Source of the DNA: an uncultured Gammaproteobacteria bacterium | GTDB lineage: Bacteria > Patescibacteriota > Microgenomatia > Levybacterales > GWA1-39-11 | Direction of reading: 5' to 3' | DNA length: 64,000 bases | Assembly: GCA_964450885.1 (NCBI GenBank) | Contig: CAYVFE010000001.1 | Span: forward strand, 310,572 to 374,571 | Shown: piece by piece, positions 57,306-64,000 of the stretch | Layout of the letters: every line of letters begins with the position of its first letter | Position numbering within the stretch: position 1 is the first letter of the stretch | Position numbers and translations under genes: made by a program | Notes under the pieces: generated by a model | The model's database searches: none | What the model was told of the DNA's origin: nothing | What the model saw: the letters and a program-made list of their open reading frames with translations, nothing else

Positions 57306-58471
57306 AAATCGTAGTTACAATCCCAACATACAATGAAAAGGACAATATTGAAAAAATAGTATCTAAGTTCATAGAGGAAGTATTTCCTAAAATAAAACAG
57401 CATAAAATGTCGATTTTGGTTATTGATGATAAATCTCCAGATGATACAGCTCAAGTCGTCAAAAAACTAATGAATAAATACAGCAACATTAAGCTTCTTT
57501 CGGGAGACAAGGAAGGTTTGGGAGCTGCCTACATTAGGGGAATGAGTTATGCGATAGAAAAAATGGGAGCTGATGCAGTAATAGAAGTAGATGCCGATCT
57601 TTCACATCCACCTGAAAAAATTATTGAATTCATTAAGAAGATGGACGAGGGATACGATACTGTTATAGGTACTAGATACAGTAATGGTGGATCTATTCCT
57701 AAAAATTGGCCAATAAATAGAAAAGCCTTTTCTGTTTTTGGAAATTTATTAGTTCGAATAATTCTTTTGCGCCCATATATCCATGACTGGACTGGTGGAT
57801 TTAAGCTTATAAAAAAAGAAGTATTTCTCAAAGAGAAGAAGGAGCTAAAAAATTATAATGGATATGTCTTTCAGGTAGCCTTTTTGCATAAGACCGCAAG
57901 AGACAGTTTTAAGATTGCGGAGGTTCCTTATTCATTCTCAGATAGGACGTTGGGAAAATCCAAAATAGCTTCCGGCAGCTATATTATCAATGTCCTAAAT
58001 TACATAATACGCGCGAGAATTTATGAATCATTGCACTCACCTTTTCTTAAATATGCCATAACTGGATTTTTAGGTTATCTAATAAATGCTGTTGCCTTGG
58101 AGTTATTTAGTCAGGGAATAGGGCTACACTCAGGTATTGCTGCGATGCTCGGTGCAGAATGCGCTATCATCTGGAATTTTGTCGTAAATAATTTCTGGAC
58201 ATTCAACGACCACAAGATTACTAATATATGGAAAGTCTTATTCAAATTCCCTCAATTTAACCTGGTGTCTATAGGATCCCTTGCTATAACGAGTAGTACT
58301 GTATTTATAGCTACACATTTATTTGGGGACACTTTATTTGTAAGGCAGGTATCTCTTGCAGGAGCCATAGGGTTTCTCGTTATCCCTTATAGCTATACTA
58401 TGTATAATATATTTATATGGAAAAGATGGAGAATATCATTCCTTTCAAAAATTCAAGAAAAGATTGGCTAA
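57302..58471 (+). CDS. GT2 polyprenyl-phosphate sugar synthase (DPM1/ArnC-like) fused to a GtrA-like membrane domain
   Basis: N-terminus 'IVVTIPTYNEKDNIE'. Motifs 'VIDDKSPDDT' and 'EVDADLSH'. C-terminal four transmembrane segments. Confidence 0.75.
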   Translation: MKIVVTIPTYNEKDNIEKIVSKFIEEVFPKIKQHKMSILVIDDKSPDDTAQVVKKLMNKYSNIKLLSGDKEGLGAAYIRGMSYAIEKMGADAVIEVDADLSHPPEKIIEFIKKMDEGYDTVIGTRYSNGGSIPKNWPINRKAFSVFGNLLVRIILLRPYIHDWTGGFKLIKKEVFLKEKKELKNYNGYVFQVAFLHKTARDSFKIAEVPYSFSDRTLGKSKIASGSYIINVLNYIIRARIYESLHSPFLKYAITGFLGYLINAVALELFSQGIGLHSGIAAMLGAECAIIWNFVVNNFWTFNDHKITNIWKVLFKFPQFNLVSIGSLAITSSTVFIATHLFGDTLFVRQVSLAGAIGFLVIPYSYTMYNIFIWKRWRISFLSKIQEKIG

Positions 58472-60027
58472 AAAAAGCACTTCGTATAATTAAAAATCCA
58501 ATCAGTTATATAGTCCTAATGATTATTTTGCTTGCCTCATTTATGAGGCTATACAAAATATCGGAATATATGACTTTTTTAGGTGATGAAGGCAGAGATG
58601 CTTTAGTTGCAAGAGAGATATTGGGAGGGAATCTTACGCTTTTAGGACCGAGAGCTTCAGCAGGTGATTTTTTTCTGGGGCCAATCTATTACTACATGAT
58701 AGCGCCCTTTTTGGCATTGTTTAACTATGATCCTGTAGGTCCGGCAGTAATGGTCGCCCTTTTTGGTGTAGCGACTGTTTTTTTGGTTTATTATTTTACT
58801 CAAAAATTTTTTGGGAGCACAGCTGGGCTGATCGCTTCTTTCTTATATGCGATTTCGCCCTTAGTCATAGCATTTTCTAGATCTTCATGGAATCCTAACC
58901 CTGTCCCATTTTTTACGCTGCTTCTCATGCTTTCTCTTTATTTCAGTGTCAAGAAAAATAGCTTAAAGCTGTCTGTCATAACCGGAATACTACTGGGTAT
59001 TCTATTTCAACTTCATTATATAGCGACATTTATAGGCATTATAATATTCTTGTTCGTCTTGGTTGGAAATTTATTTGTATCTGGAAAGCAGTTAATCAAA
59101 AAATATATTTCTCAATTTGTCTCTATGCTGGCTGGTTTTATATTCAGCTTTGCACCTTTTTTACTGTTTGAACTGAAACACGGATTTCCCAATATAAGAA
59201 CAATCTTTGGATTTGTCTTTGTAGATAATTTTCAGGAAGAGAAGGTTAAGACACTTTCACATTTAGAAATAGTTACTGATGTTCTATTCAGGCTCTTTGC
59301 AAGATTGACTATAAATTTTCCTCCACCAGAACAGCTTTCCAGATTCTCGGATTTTAATATTCAGATGATGCAGATTTTTGTAATACTATTAATTTTTGTG
59401 TCCGTCATTGTTCTCTTTTTACAAAAAAATAAACTCCTGGTGACCCTTATTGCTATGTGGCTTTTTGTCGGCGTATTTTTATTTGGATTTTATAAAAAAG
59501 ATATTTACGATTACTATTATGGGTTCATGTTTCCGATTCCTTTCATACTGACTGGATCAGCTATCTCCTTTTTTGGGAACCTTAAGGGGAAATACAGATA
59601 TGTAGGTATGCTTACGGGATTTTTAGTATTTTTGATTCTCTCGGTTACACTAATCTCCAATAACCCCTTTCAATTTCAAGGAAATAATCAGAAAAGAGAA
59701 GCGGAGAATATCGCAAACAAGGTTATAGAAGTAACGGAGGGAAAGCCCTATAATTTTGCACTCATAACAAATGGAAATTCAGACCATGTGTATAGATATT
59801 TCTTGGAAATAAATAATAGGGAGCCTATTGTAATCGAAAATTTACAGATTGATCCAAATAGAGATTCTGTCACAGATCAGTTAATTGTTATTTGTGATAT
59901 TGAGTGTCAGCCAATAGGCCATCCATTGTGGGAGGTTGCAGGATTCGGAAGGGCGGAGATAGTAGGCGAGTGGAAAGTTCCGTTTGTGACGATTTACAAG
60001 CTGGTTAAATACGATGGAGAGAGTTAG
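58417..60027 (+). CDS. GT-C membrane glycosyltransferase (ArnT/PMT, GT39/GT83-like)
   Basis: About 12 transmembrane segments. N-terminal 'FLGDEGRDALVAREIL' matches the GT-C DE motif. Confidence 0.65.
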   Translation: MEKMENIIPFKNSRKDWLKKALRIIKNPISYIVLMIILLASFMRLYKISEYMTFLGDEGRDALVAREILGGNLTLLGPRASAGDFFLGPIYYYMIAPFLALFNYDPVGPAVMVALFGVATVFLVYYFTQKFFGSTAGLIASFLYAISPLVIAFSRSSWNPNPVPFFTLLLMLSLYFSVKKNSLKLSVITGILLGILFQLHYIATFIGIIIFLFVLVGNLFVSGKQLIKKYISQFVSMLAGFIFSFAPFLLFELKHGFPNIRTIFGFVFVDNFQEEKVKTLSHLEIVTDVLFRLFARLTINFPPPEQLSRFSDFNIQMMQIFVILLIFVSVIVLFLQKNKLLVTLIAMWLFVGVFLFGFYKKDIYDYYYGFMFPIPFILTGSAISFFGNLKGKYRYVGMLTGFLVFLILSVTLISNNPFQFQGNNQKREAENIANKVIEVTEGKPYNFALITNGNSDHVYRYFLEINNREPIVIENLQIDPNRDSVTDQLIVICDIECQPIGHPLWEVAGFGRAEIVGEWKVPFVTIYKLVKYDGES

Positions 60028-60275
60028 TATCCCAGGATTCCTAGAGTAATTATCCCGTTTGATAGGACAACATATAAAGCCAAATCGAACAAGAAGATGG
60101 CGGCGCTAGCTATCAAAATTTTCTTAATATCGGATGTGTACTGGTTGTTATTTGATCGTGTATCTGTTTTTTTATCATCTCTAATTATGTCTTTGCTTAG
60201 GGTATAAGATATTCCGGAACGTGACTCTCTCATCGAGGATTTAATTTTTTGTTCCCTTGTTTTTTTCTTGCTCAT
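60024..60275 (-). CDS. Small membrane protein (83 aa)
   Basis: Basic N-terminus plus one transmembrane segment. Confidence 0.3.
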   Translation of the reverse strand: MSKKKTREQKIKSSMRESRSGISYTLSKDIIRDDKKTDTRSNNNQYTSDIKKILIASAAIFLFDLALYVVLSNGIITLGILGY

Positions 60276-60295
60276 TTGATCAATAGACTATCATA

Positions 60296-60802
60296 TTGAC
60301 ACAAATTAGGCAAGATAATACAATGGATTATCTTATGAATATAGGTCCGGAGCAGATTTTTCTGGCAATCCTTTTTGTTTGGGCCAGTGCCTTAACATTT
60401 ATCTTCTTGCGATTCTATTTGTTTTATATGAAAATAAAAAAAGGCACTAAAGAAAAGTCTTTGATCCCTATTTTAAATGAATTATTAGAAAAAGAGCAAA
60501 GAATAGAAAAGGGGATTATTGCTTTAGATAAAAAAGTAATAGAGCTAGAAGATGAATCGCAATTTTATATCCAGAAAGTGGGCATGACTCGTTTTAACCC
60601 ATTTAATGATACTGGAGGCGATCAGAGTTTTATCATCTCACTTCTAGATGCAAAAGATACTGGGGTTGTAATATCTAGTTTGCATACTAGAAATGGAACC
60701 AGATGGTATGCTAAAAAGATAGTAGAGGGTAAAGGGATGGAGCATCAGCTTTCAGAAGAAGAGAAAAGTGCGATATCTAAAGCGAAAAAACTTTCGTCAT
60801 AA
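60296..60802 (+). CDS. DUF4446-like protein
   Basis: Transmembrane segment and coiled coil. Motif 'RFNPFNDTGGDQSFIISLLDAKDTGVVISSLHTRNGTRWYAK'. Confidence 0.55.
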   Translation: MTQIRQDNTMDYLMNIGPEQIFLAILFVWASALTFIFLRFYLFYMKIKKGTKEKSLIPILNELLEKEQRIEKGIIALDKKVIELEDESQFYIQKVGMTRFNPFNDTGGDQSFIISLLDAKDTGVVISSLHTRNGTRWYAKKIVEGKGMEHQLSEEEKSAISKAKKLSS

Positions 60803-60804
60803 GT

Positions 60805-61971
60805 ATGAAGAAAAATAAATTTGTAATAATACTGATCGCGACTTATCTATTGACGACAATCATATCTTTTGTCGTTTTTTCGGGTTTGATATCTAGCCTT
60901 GGTGATGTCCAATCTCCTGTGCCAAGTGCAGTAACGGATGGCAGCAAGACATTGTTTGACGATAGTCTTCCGAAGACAGAGCCTTGTCCATTGAGTGGAC
61001 AGTTATTCTCAAAACAGCAACGCCAATGGTGGGAAGAACATAGGCCTCTTGGGGTTATGATAGAAAATCATGAAGAATCACGGCCACAATCCGGATTGTC
61101 CAAAGCAGATGTTGTTTACGAAGCGGTAGCAGAAGGCGGTATTACTAGGTTTCTAGCGGTATTTTACTGTCAGGATGCTGAGGTTGTAGGCGCCGTAAGA
61201 AGCGCTAGGACTTACTTTTTGGATTTCATATCTGAATATGGAGATTATCCATTGTACGCCCACGTAGGAGGAGCAAATACCCCTGGTCCTGCTGATGCAC
61301 TTGAGCAGATTAGACAGTACGGGTGGCAGAATTACAATGATTTGAATCAATTTTCAATCGGATTCCCAGTGTTTTATAGAGACTATGATAGGCTGGGTAG
61401 AACTGTCGCTACAGAGCATACGATGTATTCATCAACGACTAGGCTTTGGGATTATGCACAAGAAGATAGAGGTTTATCAAATGTTGACGAGGATGGAAAT
61501 AGCTGGGACGAAGAGTTTACATATTATGAATATAAAGAGGATGCGGCAGATAATGCCAGACCTGCATCTCAATCTATCTCATATGCAGCATGGGATGGTT
61601 ATGGAGACTACGCTGTTGATTGGGTGTATGATAAGGCGACCAACTCTTATGTTCGATCTAATGGTGGGCAACCGCACCTCGATTTGAATACAGAAAACGC
61701 GATAACTGCAAAAAATGTGGTAGTACTGTTTATGCGTGAGAGTAGCGCGAATGACGGTTATCAAGGGAATTTACATCTCCTTTATGGAACCAAGGGTACA
61801 GGGGACGCTGTGGTATTTCAGGACGGTAAGGAGATAGAGGCGACTTGGTCTAAGGCAAATAGAACAGCAAGGACAATACTCACCGATGCCAGAGGACAGG
61901 AGATAAAATATAATCCTGGACTTACATGGTTTTCAGTTCTGCCCCTCAATACAACACTTGAAATAAAGTAG
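60805..61971 (+). CDS. DUF3048 lipoprotein-like protein
   Basis: Motif 'RPQSGLSKADVVYEAVAEGGITRFLAVF'. Confidence 0.6.
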   Translation: MKKNKFVIILIATYLLTTIISFVVFSGLISSLGDVQSPVPSAVTDGSKTLFDDSLPKTEPCPLSGQLFSKQQRQWWEEHRPLGVMIENHEESRPQSGLSKADVVYEAVAEGGITRFLAVFYCQDAEVVGAVRSARTYFLDFISEYGDYPLYAHVGGANTPGPADALEQIRQYGWQNYNDLNQFSIGFPVFYRDYDRLGRTVATEHTMYSSTTRLWDYAQEDRGLSNVDEDGNSWDEEFTYYEYKEDAADNARPASQSISYAAWDGYGDYAVDWVYDKATNSYVRSNGGQPHLDLNTENAITAKNVVVLFMRESSANDGYQGNLHLLYGTKGTGDAVVFQDGKEIEATWSKANRTARTILTDARGQEIKYNPGLTWFSVLPLNTTLEIK

Positions 61972-62012
61972 TATAATATATTTGCTCAAAATCTTTAGAT
62001 TGGGATTTATAT

Positions 62013-62585
62013 ATGTTAGCGGATTTAATAACTTCTAAAACAAGGGTAAAAATACTGTCACTATTCCTGCAGGATGTTGAGGAAATGTATCATGTTCGTG
62101 AAATAGTGAGGCGGGTCGACGAGGAAATAAACGCTGTCAGGCGGGAGCTTATTCTACTTGATAAAAAAGGCCTGTTGAATAAGGAAAAAAGAGGAAACAG
62201 AGTCTACTATTACTTCGATAAAAATTATCCCTTTATGAATGATCTTATACGCATCCATGCAAAGGAATCCGGTGTAGGAAGAGATATCATAAAGAATCGG
62301 GTAAAACTTGGTAATATTAAATTTGCCATGGCCTCAGGAAAATTCATTAGGGGATTGTCTACTAAGGAAGAGGTTGATATGCTTATTGTTGGCATTGTAG
62401 TTCTCCCAGAGTTACAGGTCATAGTTAAGAAGGAAGAAGAGAGAATAGGCCGAGAGATAAATTATACAGTTATGAGCGAAGAGGAGTTCAATTTTAGGAA
62501 AACAAGACGTGATCCATTTATCTATTCAATAATTAGCGGTTCCAGGATTATGCTAATTGGAGATGAGGAAAAGTTTTTATCATAA
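62013..62585 (+). CDS. Putative winged-helix transcriptional regulator
   Basis: N-terminal 'TRVKILSLFL...YHVREIVRRVDEEINAVRRELILLDKKGLL'. Confidence 0.45.
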   Translation: MLADLITSKTRVKILSLFLQDVEEMYHVREIVRRVDEEINAVRRELILLDKKGLLNKEKRGNRVYYYFDKNYPFMNDLIRIHAKESGVGRDIIKNRVKLGNIKFAMASGKFIRGLSTKEEVDMLIVGIVVLPELQVIVKKEEERIGREINYTVMSEEEFNFRKTRRDPFIYSIISGSRIMLIGDEEKFLS

Positions 62586-62588
62586 TCT

Positions 62589-63980
62589 ATGAATCGACAA
62601 CGACTGTTTTTATTGATAATTTTTTTATTTTCGGTACTTCTTTTGGTGATCAATTCACCGGTAAAATTCCAAATACCAAAAGTAGCTATACCATTTATGG
62701 GAGATGGGGAAAGCATTCCTCAGTTGGGTTTTGACCCCTCTAATGCTAATTTAGGGTTTGGTCCTATCAGCATCAATAGAGATTTGTCATATAGGTTAGG
62801 TTTGGATCTTCAGGGAGGCACGCAGCTTACTTATCAGGTAGATATGTCTGAGATTGAGCAGGGTGATCGTGACAGCGCCTTTGAGTCAGTTAGGAACATT
62901 ATCGAAAGAAGAATCAACTTGCTTGGTGTTTCTGAGCCTAACATACAGAGTGTTAGAGCCGGGGATGAGTACAGACTGGTTGTGGAGCTACCAGGTATTT
63001 CAGATTCACAAGATGCGATCGATCTTATTGGGCAGACAGCGCAGCTTTCATTTTGGGAAGGAGATGGTCAAGTTGATGTAACAAATATTGCAACAGACTC
63101 AGCAAATCTTTTGGAGCAGGGGCTAGCTTCTATATTAGGCTTGCAGCCAAAAGAAACAGATCTAACAGGGAAAGATTTGAAAAGGACACAGGTAGTCTTT
63201 GATCAATCTTCTGGAACACCTCAAGTTCAGATAGAATTTACTTCCGAAGGTTCAAACAAATTTGCAAATATAACCAGAGAAAATGTAGGTAAAGTTGTAG
63301 CTATTGTTCTTGATGACCAGATAATAAGTGCACCTGTTGTTCAACAGGAAATAGTGGGTGGAAATGCAGTGATTACGGGAAGCAGTGATGTAGATGAGGC
63401 AAATAGGCTTTCTATCGCCCTAAATGCCGGAGCACTCCCTGCTCCGCTAGAACTGGTAGCGCAAAGTACGATTGGTCCATCTTTGGGTCAGGTGTCTCTT
63501 GAAAAAAGCTTATTTGCAGGAATTGTAGGATTTACTTCGGTGGTAGTGTTTATGATAATTCTTTACAGAAAAGAAGGAGTTCTAGCGTGTATTGCATTGG
63601 GAGTTTATGCTCTAATTTCTCTATTTATTTTTAAATTGGTTCCGGTTACTTTGACGCTTGCTGGAATTGCAGGATTCATTCTATCTATAGGCATGGCAGT
63701 CGATGCAAATATCTTAATTTTTGAGAGGATGAAGGAGGAGTTAAAAAATGGCAAGCCTAGGAGAATTGCTATTTTAAATGGATTTAATAGAGCTTGGCCT
63801 TCTATTCGAGATACAAGTATAACAAGTATGATTACAACAATTATACTTTTCTATTTTGGTAGTAGTATTGTGAGAGGCTTTGCTTTAACTTTATTTATAG
63901 GTTTGGTAGTATCTATGTTCTCTGCGATTACTGTAACTAGAAATCTTTTGTTGGTTTTCGATTCTAAAGATAAAAAATGA
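62589..63980 (+). CDS. secD: Protein-export membrane protein SecD
   Basis: Motif 'LGLDLQGGTQLTYQV'. C-terminal six transmembrane segments. Confidence 0.85.
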   Translation: MNRQRLFLLIIFLFSVLLLVINSPVKFQIPKVAIPFMGDGESIPQLGFDPSNANLGFGPISINRDLSYRLGLDLQGGTQLTYQVDMSEIEQGDRDSAFESVRNIIERRINLLGVSEPNIQSVRAGDEYRLVVELPGISDSQDAIDLIGQTAQLSFWEGDGQVDVTNIATDSANLLEQGLASILGLQPKETDLTGKDLKRTQVVFDQSSGTPQVQIEFTSEGSNKFANITRENVGKVVAIVLDDQIISAPVVQQEIVGGNAVITGSSDVDEANRLSIALNAGALPAPLELVAQSTIGPSLGQVSLEKSLFAGIVGFTSVVVFMIILYRKEGVLACIALGVYALISLFIFKLVPVTLTLAGIAGFILSIGMAVDANILIFERMKEELKNGKPRRIAILNGFNRAWPSIRDTSITSMITTIILFYFGSSIVRGFALTLFIGLVVSMFSAITVTRNLLLVFDSKDKK

Positions 63981-64000
63981 ATATTATAAAAAAAAGAAGG

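Noticed and set aside
1-64000. CRISPR array, rRNA genes, integrase or transposase genes
   Set aside because: No periodic direct-repeat array and no recombinase-like ORF were detected by eye. The variable region has repeats and scars but no mobility gene in this window.

Overview
This 64-kb window is AT-rich and densely packed with genes on both strands, using the standard genetic code. Its gene content suggests a small-genome bacterium of the Candidate Phyla Radiation (Patescibacteria) type: a lamin-tail-domain protein, a class I lysyl-tRNA synthetase, an archaeal-type PPAT/DUF359 coenzyme A fusion and many short orphan genes. Most of the window is housekeeping:
- translation, tRNA modification and DNA topology: HflX, TopA, the t6A pathway (TsaD, TsaE, TsaC, TsaB), GreA, LysRS, SerS, RF2, SpoU;
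- secretion and division: SecA, SecD, FtsE/FtsX with an M23 peptidase;
- cell wall: Ddl, VanW;
- a large nucleotide-sugar and glycosyltransferase island at 49982-60027.
The most interesting part is a compact, tightly coupled putative defence cassette at about 6.1-13.9 kb. It encodes a 1118-aa protein that fuses an N-terminal phospholipase-D (HKD) nuclease to an SNF2-family ATPase. This is followed by a 1133-aa Eco57I-family gamma-class N6-adenine methyltransferase whose start overlaps the upstream stop (ATGA), then an unknown 306-aa protein. The pair looks like the DrmC+DrmD/DrmMI half of class 1 DISARM, or a split Type ISP/III-like restriction-modification enzyme, but the DrmA/DrmB core is absent. 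The cassette is bracketed and internally punctuated by a recurring 9-mer, (T/C)AGCCTCAA, seen five times and only in intergenic DNA. Upstream, the last ~11 codons of the ferredoxin-reductase-like gene (..ENIIAEEFEGY*) recur as two decayed, protein-level-conserved remnants at 2524-2559 and 4165-4197. This suggests serial insertions or duplications at that gene's 3' end, making 1.3-14.7 kb an accreted variable region. Other notable points are a cluster of AT-rich perfect hairpins in a 436-bp intergenic gap, several Cys-rich micro-ORFs missing from the ORF track, tandem paralogous double-GH130 genes, and recurrent extended -10 elements 5-11 nt upstream of ATGs that imply leaderless mRNAs. No CRISPR array, rRNA or convincing tRNA was found.
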